Source: a bacterium (lineage in GTDB: Bacteria; UBA8248). From it: DNA of 64,000 nt. The notes beneath the pieces were generated by a model. That model was not told the DNA's origin. It searched no databases and saw only the letters and a program-made list of their open reading frames with translations. The DNA lies in the NCBI GenBank assembly GCA_965207065.1, contig OZ242260.1, forward strand, positions 672,001 to 736,000, in the 5' to 3' direction. The translations under genes were made by a program, and so were the position numbers. This document shows, piece after piece, positions 20,464-30,326 of this stretch (the first letter of the stretch is position 1; each line of letters opens with the position of its first letter).

Positions 20464-21375
20464 CTATTTCTTGTTTTCCCGCTCCAGATAGGAGAGATAC
20501 ACCGCCGCGCTGTCCAATTCTCCATTGCCTGCACGCGCGCCTTCCCTGTACAGCGGCGCGCATGCGTTGCCTACCGGCGTCACAGCGCCGTTTCTCCTGG
20601 CGAGCCTGAGGCCAAGCCCGATGTCCTTCCGTATGACGTTCAAGGTGCTCCGGGGACGGCTATACCGGCCCCGCACCATGATGCCGCCGTGGCCATGGAA
20701 CCCGCTTGAGTCGCCCGCGCGGCTTCTCTTGAGCGTGTCGAACAGAAAATCTTTCCCGAATCCGCTGCGCATCCCCAGCCGCAGGCCCTCGGCGATGACG
20801 CAGCGCCCCATGGATGTCATGTAGTTCACGACCACTTTCATTGCGGCCCCGGAGCCGGAAGGTCCGCAATGAACCTGATCGGATAGCATCGTCTCCAAAA
20901 GCGGCGCCACCTTCTCGTAGGCTTTCCTGTTCCCGCCCACGAGAAACAAGCCTTCCCGATTCGTCACATGGTCGCTGTTGCCGCTTACGCTGGCGTCCAG
21001 GTAGGTAATTCTTTTCTTCCGGCACAGTTCGGCGTGTTTTTTCGAATCCTCCGGGTCCGACGTCGTCGTGTCGAGCACGACTTCTGGCGCCAGTTCGGGC
21101 GAGAAGGCCAGATACCCATTTTTCCCACGTGCGGTCTGAAGGGATATCTTGGAATTGGGAACGGAGATGAACACCACCTCGGCGGCTTCGGCCACGTCTC
21201 GGGGCGATTCCAAGGCCTCTCCCCCCAGGCGCTTGAACTTCCGCCTCGCCCCCGCCAGCACATCGGTTCCCACGAGGCGATGGCCGTCTGCTATGAGGTT
21301 TTTGGAAAACGCCTGGCCCATGAGGCCCAGGCCGATGAAGCCGATGGTTCTTTTCGTACTCTTCTTTTTTGGCAT
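20464..21375 (-). CDS. NAD(P)-dependent oxidoreductase, 3-hydroxyisobutyrate dehydrogenase family
   Basis: GFIGLGLMG, DASVSG and MKVVVN. Confidence 0.88.
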   Translation of the reverse strand: MPKKKSTKRTIGFIGLGLMGQAFSKNLIADGHRLVGTDVLAGARRKFKRLGGEALESPRDVAEAAEVVFISVPNSKISLQTARGKNGYLAFSPELAPEVVLDTTTSDPEDSKKHAELCRKKRITYLDASVSGNSDHVTNREGLFLVGGNRKAYEKVAPLLETMLSDQVHCGPSGSGAAMKVVVNYMTSMGRCVIAEGLRLGMRSGFGKDFLFDTLKRSRAGDSSGFHGHGGIMVRGRYSRPRSTLNVIRKDIGLGLRLARRNGAVTPVGNACAPLYREGARAGNGELDSAAVYLSYLERENKK

Positions 21376-21432
21376 CTTGCCCCTCCCATCCAGCGATAGT
21401 TTGGAAAAGCGCGCAGCACGAGACGCGAGGGA

Positions 21433-22176
21433 CTACTCGCTTACGAGTTCCACTCTGTATCGGTGCTGATCTCCGCGGTAATAAATCTGGGAAAATTCGA
21501 CGGGTTCCCCGCTTTTACTGTGGACGAAGGTTTCCACATACAAGACCGGCGCCAGGACGCCGATGGAAAGATGGTCCGCGACATCACTATCCGCGACACG
21601 GGCTTCGAGCGTCTGGTGTATTTTGCCCAACGGAATTTGCAGTCGATTTTTCAGGATGTGGAGCATGCTACGAGTGCGGATATCCTCATGCGGAATGTCT
21701 TTTGCCAGCTTTTGCGGCAGATAATTCATCACGTAGCAAAGGGGGGTTTCCTCCGCCATCCTCAGGCGCTGGACCCTGGTCAGACTTTCCCCATCATCTG
21801 AGCCGAAAAATTCTTGTAACCGAGACGAAGCGTCCATTTCCTCTATCGAAATGACCCGTATATCCCCGCCAACGGCGTCTTCCTCCCATACGGCGCCGGT
21901 GAGTTGAATCATCTTCGATTTCACGCCACCGCGGTTGACGAAAGTGCCTTTGCGGCGCTCACGCGTCACCAGCCCTTCTTTCTCCAATATGGCGAGGGCC
22001 TGACGCAGAGTGACCCGGCTGACGCCGAAATGCTTCGAAAGATCCAACTCCTTGGGGAGCTTCATACCCGCTATCAGTTCCCCGCTCTCTATTTTACCGC
22101 GCAAGAGATTGGCGATTTGGTAGTAATAGGGGATGAATTCGTTCGAAAATGGTTTTTCTGCGAACAGTTCCCGCAT
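21433..22176 (-). CDS. GntR-family regulator (HutC/UTRA subfamily)
   Basis: N-terminal wHTH (LPKELDL...FGVSRVTLRQAL...GTFV) and C-terminal UTRA (PVEFSQIYYRGD). Confidence 0.93.
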   Translation of the reverse strand: MRELFAEKPFSNEFIPYYYQIANLLRGKIESGELIAGMKLPKELDLSKHFGVSRVTLRQALAILEKEGLVTRERRKGTFVNRGGVKSKMIQLTGAVWEEDAVGGDIRVISIEEMDASSRLQEFFGSDDGESLTRVQRLRMAEETPLCYVMNYLPQKLAKDIPHEDIRTRSMLHILKNRLQIPLGKIHQTLEARVADSDVADHLSIGVLAPVLYVETFVHSKSGEPVEFSQIYYRGDQHRYRVELVSE

Positions 22177-22298
22177 ACTTTCCTCGCTTTCCGCGTCCTA
22201 TTAAACTGACGGGCTTCGGGCCCCAAGCAAGGCGCAAGTTTCACATATTGCAACTTCGTTGAAAATGGCTCTCTTTCTAAAATAACACTTGCGGTCAT

Positions 22299-22324
22299 TA
22301 ATGGTATTAAATATAATACCATTA
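22299..22324. promoter_or_regulatory. Perfect 11-bp inverted repeat TAATGGTATTA-N4-TAATACCATTA, candidate GntR operator
   Basis: Lies in the AT-rich divergent region between gntR and the SDR operon and overlaps a TATAAT. Confidence 0.65.
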
Positions 22325-22432
22325 TTCAAGATTTAATTGACTCTTTTTTACGTCAAGGTTCCAGGGGCGAGAATTGTTTTCTTTGGTCGCAAAAGTTCAT
22401 AATTATTCGTTCACGCTTTGGATGAGTGGCGC

Positions 22433-23185
22433 ATGAAACTGAAAGAACGCACCGCGCTCGTCACCGGCGCAACGCGCGGCATCGGCAAAGCCATCGCCCA
22501 GACATTGGCGCGCGAAGGCGCCGCCGTCGCCGTGCATTACCACGCAGGTGAGGCGGCGGCGCAAGAAATAGTGAGCGGAATTAGAGAAGGAGGCGGCAGC
22601 GCCTTCAGCGTCCAGGCCGACGTGAGCCGGCATGACGAGGTGGAGCGCATGTTCGAAAAATGCGGGCAGGAGATGGGGCGCGTCGACATCCTCGTCAACA
22701 ACGCGCGCAGGCTCGTGAAGGGCAGAGCTTTTATGGAGATGAGCTGGGAGGAAGATTACGAGCCCCAGATTCAGGTGATGCTCAAAGGCGCGTTCCATTG
22801 CTGCCAAGCGGCGCTGCCGGGTATGCGGGAGAGGGGCTGGGGCCGTATCGTGAATGTGCTGTCCACCGTCCTAGGCGAGAAACGCGCGCGAACGAATTCC
22901 TACGGGTCCGTCAAATCCGCTCTCTTGTATTTCTCGCAAAACCTGGCCGTGGAAATGGGCCCCAGCGGCATCACGGTCAACATGGTTTCCCCCGGCCTCA
23001 CCGAAACGGAGCGGCCCATCCTACATTCGGATGATTATCAACGAGAATATATCGACACCATTCCGATGAAGCGCCTGGGGCGCTCCGAAGACGTCTCGGG
23101 CGCCGTGGTGTTTTTCTGCAGCGATGAAGCCGCCTATGTGACGGGCGTGAACATGGCCGTCTCGGGCGGTAAAGTGATCTTTTAA
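22433..23185 (+). CDS. SDR-family oxidoreductase (FabG-like)
   Basis: VTGATRGIG, NNA and YGSVK. Confidence 0.92.
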   Translation: MKLKERTALVTGATRGIGKAIAQTLAREGAAVAVHYHAGEAAAQEIVSGIREGGGSAFSVQADVSRHDEVERMFEKCGQEMGRVDILVNNARRLVKGRAFMEMSWEEDYEPQIQVMLKGAFHCCQAALPGMRERGWGRIVNVLSTVLGEKRARTNSYGSVKSALLYFSQNLAVEMGPSGITVNMVSPGLTETERPILHSDDYQREYIDTIPMKRLGRSEDVSGAVVFFCSDEAAYVTGVNMAVSGGKVIF

Positions 23186-23212
23186 CGGTGCGCAACACGA
23201 AGGAGAGGAAAG

Positions 23213-24355
23213 TTGGGACTATCGACCAAAGAACGTGACCGCCGCCATGCGAATCTAAGAGCGGCCATGGAGCGCGAGGGTCTGGATATCCTCGTCGTCT
23301 ACGGCAACAGCGGCCGCCAGGGACCGCGTACGGGGAATCTCGCCTACGTCAGCAATTTTATCTCGTTCTCCGGCCAGCAGATACTGGTCTTCCCGCGCGA
23401 GGGGGAACCCGTCCTGTTCGTAGGGGTGGAGAACCAGCGAATCGAATCCCTGCGAAACGGATGGATCGCCGACACACGCTGCGAGGCCATGACGCCCGTT
23501 CCGAAGCAGGCATGCAACCATCTGAGCGAAATCGCCGGTTCGAATACGAGAATCGGCATCTCCTCGCTCGCCATCATGCCCGTCGCCTGGCACCAGCAGC
23601 TTCAGGACCAGGTGAGCGCGAAAGAATGGGTGGAGGCGGGCGAACTCGTCTGGAAGCTGCGCCTGGTGCAAAGCGAAGAGGAAATCGCCATGTCGCGCCA
23701 CGCGGCCCAACTTGGTGATAAGGTGTGGAATCATCTCTGCGGTTTCATTCGTGAAGGGGTGACCGAGCTCGACATGCGCGCCGAGATGGACCGGGTAATC
23801 ATCCCCGAGGGCGGGACGGAGAACTTCAACATGATGGGCCTGGCGAGCATGGCCGGCGGCGGCGAAGCGCCCTGGGGCTACGTCATCCCCCAGACGGATC
23901 GGCCCATCAAGAACGGCGACGCCGTTTTGCTGGAAATTTCCCCGCGCGTTAAGGGATACTGGAATCAAATCGTACGGGTTCTGGCGCTGGGCGAGGCGGA
24001 AAAATGGCTGGTCGACGCCCACCAGGTCGTGCGAGAGGCGCGCGACGCCTCGCTGGAGCATCTTGGGCCGGGTAAGCCGATGGTCGGCATGGTCACGGCG
24101 ATGAACGACGTGTTCGAGAAACACGGCTACGAGGTGTGGCCCTACGGGCTGGTGCATCTCACGGGCCTCGACCTCACGGATTACATGATCACGCCGGTGT
24201 CCGAGGGAGACCTTGAACCCGGAATGGTGGTGACAACGCATCCCATGTTCAACCTGGGACCCGACCGCCAGATTTTCTGGGGTGAAACCTATCTGGTGAC
24301 GGATGATGGCTATGAACCACTGAACACGAGTACGGATGAATTGGTTTGTCTCTAA
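23213..24355 (+). CDS. M24 pita-bread fold protein with non-canonical metal ligands
   Basis: Creatinase-type N-terminus, GDAVLLEI...GYWNQIVR, LEPGMVVTTHP and ETYLVT. TTG start follows GGAGAGG. Confidence 0.82.
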   Translation: MGLSTKERDRRHANLRAAMEREGLDILVVYGNSGRQGPRTGNLAYVSNFISFSGQQILVFPREGEPVLFVGVENQRIESLRNGWIADTRCEAMTPVPKQACNHLSEIAGSNTRIGISSLAIMPVAWHQQLQDQVSAKEWVEAGELVWKLRLVQSEEEIAMSRHAAQLGDKVWNHLCGFIREGVTELDMRAEMDRVIIPEGGTENFNMMGLASMAGGGEAPWGYVIPQTDRPIKNGDAVLLEISPRVKGYWNQIVRVLALGEAEKWLVDAHQVVREARDASLEHLGPGKPMVGMVTAMNDVFEKHGYEVWPYGLVHLTGLDLTDYMITPVSEGDLEPGMVVTTHPMFNLGPDRQIFWGETYLVTDDGYEPLNTSTDELVCL

Positions 24356-24393
24356 CGGCTTGGTTGATTCTTATTTAAAAGGAGGAACACGAG

Positions 24394-25908
24394 ATGAAGA
24401 GGCTATGGCTTTGGATGGTTGTTCTGTCGTTGCTGCTGCTCCCCGTGGGAGCGAAGGCGGCACCCAAGGGGAAGGTGGTGCTGGGGATGGCCGGCGCTTT
24501 GACCACGTTCGATCCGCACACTTTCAGTTCCCTGCCGATTTCGATGCATCACCCGAACGTCTTCGAGACGCTGCTCGCACGCGCTCCCGATGGCTCCATG
24601 ACGAACCAGCTCGCCGAGAGCTACAAGATGGTGAGCCCCAAGGTGTGGGAGTTCAAAATCAGGAAGGGCGTGAAGTTCAGCAACGGGGACCCCGTGAACG
24701 CAGAGGCCGTGAAGTTCAGCTTCGAGCGGATTCTCGACCCCAAGATGAAATCGAGGCAGTACCGCTACTTTAAGAGCATGGCGAAATTAGAGGTGGTGGA
24801 TGAGCACACGGTCCGGATTCACACGAAAAAGCCCGACCCCATGCTCCCGCCGTTCCTGGCGATCTACGGCTTCATCGTGCCGCCGAAGTATTATATGAAA
24901 CACGACAAGAAACATCTCTCCCGCAATCCCGTGGGCAGCGGGCCCTTCGTGATGAAGAAATGGCGCAAGGGACAGGAAGTCGTCTATGAGGCGAACCCCA
25001 ACGCCTGGAGAAAGCCCAGGGTGAAGACGGCGGTGGTCAAGTTCATCCCCGAGTCCACCACGCGCGTATCCGCGCTCATCTCCGGCGACGTGGACGTCAT
25101 CGACAACCTGCCCCCGGCCTTGAGCGACCGCGTCCGGGCGGGCGGCAAAACGGACGTCATCGCCAAACAGTCGCCGCGTACGAACTACATCCTGATGGTG
25201 ATCAAAGAAGGCGCGCCCTGGATGGACGTCCGGGTCCGCAGGGCCATGAACCTCGCCATCAACCGCGAGGCCATCACCAAGAACGTGATGATGGGCTTCG
25301 CCAAGTCGGTGGCGATCATTCAGGGTCCCGCGAGCTTCGGCTTCAACCCCGAACTCAAACCCTATCCCTACGACCCCGCCCAGGCGAAGAAGCTGCTCGC
25401 CGAGGCCGGATTCGCGAAAGGGTTTTCCTTCGACGTGTACATCCCCCGCGGACGCTTCATGATGGGTAAAGAGGCGCTCGAGGGCATCGCCGGCCAGTGG
25501 GGGAAAGTCGGCCTCAAGGCGAACGTCCGCGTGATGGAATGGGGCGCGATGAAGAAGATCATCTTCAGCAAGTACAAGAAAAACGTTAAGCCGTTCCTGT
25601 ACTATCTCGCGCGCATGAACACGGCCTTCAGCGCGGAGCACATGTTCGCCGGCGCCATCAGCAGCCGTTCGGCCTACGGCGGATTCCGCGACAAGGCCGT
25701 GGACGGGATGATCAACGAAGCGCGCTCCACGCTGGACAACAAGGCGCGGGAGAAGAAATACCAGGAAATCGCCCGCGTTCTGCGCCACGAGAAAGTGCCG
25801 ATCGTTCCGCTGTATCAGACTTTCCGCATCTTCGGCGCGAACAAGAAGATAGACTGGAAGCCGCGCGCCGACGGTAAACTGATAGCCGCCGAGGTCGGCC
25901 TCAAGTAG
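24394..25908 (+). CDS. ABC transporter substrate-binding protein, family 5 (peptide/nickel)
   Basis: Signal peptide, RKGVKFSNG, PVGSGPF, RVRRAMNLAINR and AKKLLAEAGF. Confidence 0.92.
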   Translation: MKRLWLWMVVLSLLLLPVGAKAAPKGKVVLGMAGALTTFDPHTFSSLPISMHHPNVFETLLARAPDGSMTNQLAESYKMVSPKVWEFKIRKGVKFSNGDPVNAEAVKFSFERILDPKMKSRQYRYFKSMAKLEVVDEHTVRIHTKKPDPMLPPFLAIYGFIVPPKYYMKHDKKHLSRNPVGSGPFVMKKWRKGQEVVYEANPNAWRKPRVKTAVVKFIPESTTRVSALISGDVDVIDNLPPALSDRVRAGGKTDVIAKQSPRTNYILMVIKEGAPWMDVRVRRAMNLAINREAITKNVMMGFAKSVAIIQGPASFGFNPELKPYPYDPAQAKKLLAEAGFAKGFSFDVYIPRGRFMMGKEALEGIAGQWGKVGLKANVRVMEWGAMKKIIFSKYKKNVKPFLYYLARMNTAFSAEHMFAGAISSRSAYGGFRDKAVDGMINEARSTLDNKAREKKYQEIARVLRHEKVPIVPLYQTFRIFGANKKIDWKPRADGKLIAAEVGLK

Positions 25909-25933
25909 TTTTGATACTTTATTTCGAGGGACA

Positions 25934-25978
25934 CTCCGGCCAGGGCGCGAATCAATCCTGCCCTGGCCGGAGGCTTTC
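25934..25978 (+). terminator. Stem-loop after the SBP gene
   Basis: CTCCGGCCAGGGC...GCCCTGGCCGGAG, a perfect 13-bp stem. Confidence 0.5.
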
Positions 25979-26079
25979 GCGAAACGCCTATGCCTAGTGA
26001 TTTTCTACGGGCGCAATCCTCTCGTTAAGCGGAGAAGGTTTCCCTCGAATCAGGTGGTTCCATATCGCTGGGTGGTTCT

Positions 26080-26997
26080 ATGGCTGGATATGTCTTCAAG
26101 CGCTTGATTCAGGCGGTAGTCCTCCTCAAGTGCGTCATGATCATCGTGTTTCTCCTGCTTCACATGACGGGCGACCCCGTCCTGGTGATGCTCGATACCG
26201 ATGCGACTCACGAAGACATCGAGTACTTGAGAAAACTCATGGGGCTCGACCAGCCGCTCCACGTGCAGTACTGGCGTTTCCTGAAAAACGCGCTGCAGGG
26301 GAATTTCGGGGAATCCACCGAACACGGCGAATCGGCCATGGGCCTCGTTCTGGAGCATTTCCCGGCAACGATCGAGATGGCGGTCGGGGCATTCGTTTTC
26401 GCCGTCGTCATCGGAATTCCATTCGGCTGCCTGGCGGCTTTCAAAGAAGGCTCATCCTACGACAAGGGCTGCGTAGGCATCACGGTGCTGATGCAGGCGG
26501 TTCCCGATTTCTGGCTGGCGATCATGTTCATCATGTTCTTCTCGGTGACGCTGGGGCTTCTGCCCTCTTTCGGCCGCGGCGGCTGGGAGCACTTCATCAT
26601 GCCGGCTTTCGCCGCCTCCACGTATCATCTCGCCCGGCTCGCGAGGCTCATGCGCTCCCAGATGCTCGAGGTGCTGCGCCAGGACTACATTACGACGGCG
26701 CGGGCGAAGGGGCTTAGCGAAAAAATCGTGCTCATGGTTCACGCGTTAAAGAACTCCTCGATTCCCATCGTGACCGTCATGGGGCTGGATTTGGGGATTC
26801 TGCTCGGCGGAACCGTTATTATCGAGGTCGTTTTCGCATGGCCGGGGGTCGGGCGACTGGTGGTCGATTCGATCGCGAACCGTGATTTCCCGATCGTCCA
26901 GGCCGCCGTGTTTCTTCTGGCGTCGGGGTTCGTGATCATCAACCTGACGGTGGACCTCGTCTACGCCTATCTCGACCCAAGGATTTCATACGAATGA
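26080..26997 (+). CDS. ABC permease, DppB/OppB type
   Basis: GLDQPL, EAA loop YITTARAKGL and DPRI end. Confidence 0.92.
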   Translation: MAGYVFKRLIQAVVLLKCVMIIVFLLLHMTGDPVLVMLDTDATHEDIEYLRKLMGLDQPLHVQYWRFLKNALQGNFGESTEHGESAMGLVLEHFPATIEMAVGAFVFAVVIGIPFGCLAAFKEGSSYDKGCVGITVLMQAVPDFWLAIMFIMFFSVTLGLLPSFGRGGWEHFIMPAFAASTYHLARLARLMRSQMLEVLRQDYITTARAKGLSEKIVLMVHALKNSSIPIVTVMGLDLGILLGGTVIIEVVFAWPGVGRLVVDSIANRDFPIVQAAVFLLASGFVIINLTVDLVYAYLDPRISYE

Positions 26998-27899
26998 GAG
27001 AACAAGCGCTCACCTTTCAGGATTCCATGGAGATCGAGGAACTCCCCGATCGCCCGAGGATATGGGCGTCCCTGTGGAAGGACAAATCCGCGCTCCTGGG
27101 CTGCGTCATTCTCATAACAGTGGTGGTGATGGCCGTCTTCGCGCCGCTGCTCGCGCCCATGGACCCCCAGGCCCAACTCCTGGACAGGAACCTCAAACCG
27201 CCCATGTGGTCGGACGGCCAGCAAATCTATCTGCTCGGTACGGACCACCTGGGGCGGGATTTTCTGAGCCGTCTCATCTACGGCGCGCGCATTTCGCTGC
27301 TGGTGGGGTTTTTCGCCGTTTTGCTCACGGGATGCTTCGGGCTTTGCGTGGGACTGGTGGCTGGATATTTCGGCGGAAAAGTGGATTTTCTGCTCATGCG
27401 GCTCGTGGACCTGGTTCTCTCCTTTCCGTTCATACTGCTGGCCCTGGCGACCATCGCCATCGTGGGGCCGAGCCTGGTCGTCCTGATACTCGTGATGTCG
27501 ATGCGCATCTGGGTCATCTACGCCCGCGTCGTGCGCGGCGAGGTGCTCACGCTGCGCGAGCAGGAGTTCGTCCAGGCAGCGCGGAGCATCGGCGGGAGTC
27601 ATTTCCGGATCATCGTCCGCCACATTCTCCCGAACGTGCTGGCGCCCGTCATCATCATCGCGTCCCTATATCTGGGGCGGATGATCATCATCGAGGCGGG
27701 CCTGAGCTTCCTGGGGCTCGGCGTGCCGCCGCCCACACCCACATGGGGCGGTCTGCTGAGCGACGGGAAGGTGCACCTCTACACATCCTGGTGGGTCGTC
27801 ACCCTGCCCGGTCTGGCGATTACGGTGACGGTGCTGGGTGCGAACCTTGTGGGGGATTGGCTGAGAAACGTGCTGGACCCGCGTTTGAAATCGTTATGA
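26994..27899 (+). CDS. ABC permease, DppC/OppC type
   Basis: LGTDHLGRD, EFVQAARSIG, HILPN and LSFLGLG. Confidence 0.92.
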   Translation: MREQALTFQDSMEIEELPDRPRIWASLWKDKSALLGCVILITVVVMAVFAPLLAPMDPQAQLLDRNLKPPMWSDGQQIYLLGTDHLGRDFLSRLIYGARISLLVGFFAVLLTGCFGLCVGLVAGYFGGKVDFLLMRLVDLVLSFPFILLALATIAIVGPSLVVLILVMSMRIWVIYARVVRGEVLTLREQEFVQAARSIGGSHFRIIVRHILPNVLAPVIIIASLYLGRMIIIEAGLSFLGLGVPPPTPTWGGLLSDGKVHLYTSWWVVTLPGLAITVTVLGANLVGDWLRNVLDPRLKSL

Positions 27900-27927
27900 G
27901 TCGTTACGGAATGAGGAGAAATACCAG

Positions 27928-28959
27928 ATGAGCGATCCATTGAGGGTAGCCGTGGTCGGGCTGGGCCGCTGGGGCAACACACTGGCGTCCTACATCGAAA
28001 GAACGCCCGGGATGAAAATCACCACGTGCTTCACCAGGACGCCCGAAAAACGAAAGGCGTTCAGCGAAAAATTCTCATGCGGTGAAGAGGAGAGCTACGA
28101 GGCGGTTGTCCGCCACCCCGATGTGGACGCCGTGGTTATCGCGGCGCCCAACAACAAGCACGCCGAACTTGCGATGGCGGCGGCCGAGCAGGGGAAACAC
28201 ATACTCGTCGACAAGCCGATCGCCGCCTCCATCGCGGATGCCAAAAAGATGATCCGCGCTTGTGAGGATGCCGGCGTCACCCTGGCGGTCGGCGCGAGCT
28301 CTAGATGGCTCAGAGGCCACCGCCTCTTCAAGCAAATGCTCGATGAGGGAACCATCGGCACCCTCGCGATGGCCGAGACCAACTACTCGAACGACCGGGG
28401 GCTCCACTACACGCCGGACAACTGGCAATGGTATGCGGAAGGCTCCCCGGGCGGCCCGCTGCTCCAGGTGGCCATCCACCAGGTGGACAACCTCCTGTAC
28501 CTCTACGGGCCGATAAAGCGCGCGTCGGCGGCGTTCAGCAAAATAAAGACAAAATCGGAAATCCCCGACGTGAGCGTCGTGTGGTTCGAGTTCGAGTCCG
28601 GCCTGCTCGGCACCCTGGGGACGAGCTTCATCAGCCCGCGCACGCCGAACGGGCGATACACCTATTTCATGAACGCCTACGGGGATGAGGCGAACCTCTA
28701 CCACGACAGGTGGGAGGGCATCAAAATCCTCAAAAAAGACGGGGAGAAACGTGAGGAAATCCCGTATGAGGAATACCCCAGACAGGATTACCTGATAGAG
28801 GAATTCAAGGATTTCGCAGGCGCCGTCCGGGAAAAGCGTCCACCCGAGGTGGGCGGAGCGGAAGGACTCCACGTTCTCGGCGCCGTGTGGGCGGCCATGC
28901 GCTCATGGGAGCGCGGCGAACCCGTGGAAGTGGCGGAGATACTCGAAGAAGACGACTAG
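27928..28959 (+). CDS. Gfo/Idh/MocA-family oxidoreductase
   Basis: VVGLGRWG and GKHILVDKP. Confidence 0.9.
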   Translation: MSDPLRVAVVGLGRWGNTLASYIERTPGMKITTCFTRTPEKRKAFSEKFSCGEEESYEAVVRHPDVDAVVIAAPNNKHAELAMAAAEQGKHILVDKPIAASIADAKKMIRACEDAGVTLAVGASSRWLRGHRLFKQMLDEGTIGTLAMAETNYSNDRGLHYTPDNWQWYAEGSPGGPLLQVAIHQVDNLLYLYGPIKRASAAFSKIKTKSEIPDVSVVWFEFESGLLGTLGTSFISPRTPNGRYTYFMNAYGDEANLYHDRWEGIKILKKDGEKREEIPYEEYPRQDYLIEEFKDFAGAVREKRPPEVGGAEGLHVLGAVWAAMRSWERGEPVEVAEILEEDD

Positions 28960-29013
28960 ACACAAATGGCTCCGGCGGGGTAGACCCGCCCATCACTGGA
29001 AGGAAGGAGACCC

Positions 29014-30291
29014 ATGTTCGACTACCGAATGACCGATGAACAACAAGAATATCAAAGAATTGCGCATGAATTCGCGCGGGATGAAATCCGGCCCATCAGC
29101 CTGGAACTGGACCATCAGCAGGACCCGCTCAATTGCGCCTACATGCCCCATCTTCTCGAAAAACTCGACAAGACGGGCCTCAGAACGATGAGCATCCCCA
29201 AGGAATACGGCGGCGGCGGCGTGGAAGACCTGCTCACCCACTGCATCGTGGGCGAGGAGATTTCCTGGGGCGACAGGGGCGCCACGGGGTTCATGCTGTC
29301 TTCCACGAAGATATCCCACATCCTTGCGAGCGAGCTTCTGGGAGACGCGGAACTGGCGGACTACTGGATGCGCGAGTACGTAAGCGACCCCACCTTCCTC
29401 ATCGGCACGGCGACGACCGAGCCCGCCTCGGGATCCGAGAACCAGATTCCCTACAACGGGGCGGACGGCGGATACCAGACCACCGCCGTGCTCGACGGCG
29501 ACAACTACATCGTGAACGGGAAGAAGCACTTCATCTCAAACGTCGGCTGGGCGCGGCTCATGTTCACGTTCGTGCGCACGAACCCCGACGTAGGCGTCGA
29601 ACAGGGGGCTTCCCTCCTCATGGTGCCGATGGACGCACCCGGCGTGAAGATGGGCAAGGTGCACAACAAGATGGGCTACCGCCTGAACCAGAACGCCGAG
29701 ATCATCTTCGATAACGCGATAGTCCCCGCGAAATACCGCCTGGGACCCGAGAACTGCGGCGTCTCCTACATCAGGCGGCACCTGCGTGGCGACGCCCTCA
29801 TCAACGCGGCGGGCCAGATTGGCGTGGCGCGCGCGGCGTATGAGAAATCGCTCGAATTCGCGCAAAACCGGCACCAGAGCGGGCGCCCCATCGCGCATCA
29901 CCAATCCGTCGGCATCAAGCTCGTCGACATGTATACGAAAATCCAGGCGGCGCGCGCCTACGTGCACTACGCGGCATGGCGTCAGGACATGCGTCACGAG
30001 ATTCCCATCGACCCGCCCATGACGCTCACCGCCAGCGCGTTCGCGCACGAGATCTCCTGCGACGTCACCAAGATGGCGATGGAGATACACGCGGGCGTGG
30101 GCGTGCAGCGCGAGAATTTCCTGGAGAAATGGTTCCGCGATACGCACAACATGCTCTTCTCGAGCGACGGCGGAAACAACATGAAGAAGGTGCGGGCGAT
30201 GTACGCCATCACCGGCCAGTGGGGCGCGCGAAACGACGATGAGAATCCCGTGCCCGGCGGCGCATACGTCGCCGTCGGTGACGGCCTCTAG
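29014..30291 (+). CDS. Acyl-CoA dehydrogenase family protein
   Basis: TEPASGS, NGKKHFISN, KMG, RHQSGRPI and EKWFRD. Confidence 0.92.
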   Translation: MFDYRMTDEQQEYQRIAHEFARDEIRPISLELDHQQDPLNCAYMPHLLEKLDKTGLRTMSIPKEYGGGGVEDLLTHCIVGEEISWGDRGATGFMLSSTKISHILASELLGDAELADYWMREYVSDPTFLIGTATTEPASGSENQIPYNGADGGYQTTAVLDGDNYIVNGKKHFISNVGWARLMFTFVRTNPDVGVEQGASLLMVPMDAPGVKMGKVHNKMGYRLNQNAEIIFDNAIVPAKYRLGPENCGVSYIRRHLRGDALINAAGQIGVARAAYEKSLEFAQNRHQSGRPIAHHQSVGIKLVDMYTKIQAARAYVHYAAWRQDMRHEIPIDPPMTLTASAFAHEISCDVTKMAMEIHAGVGVQRENFLEKWFRDTHNMLFSSDGGNNMKKVRAMYAITGQWGARNDDENPVPGGAYVAVGDGL

Positions 30292-30326
30292 GCTCTGAAC
30301 CCATCACCAACAAGGGAGGAAACAGG

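Noticed and set aside
18575-22176. Genomic island integrated at selC
   Set aside because: No integrase and no duplicated tRNA 3' end was seen in the window.
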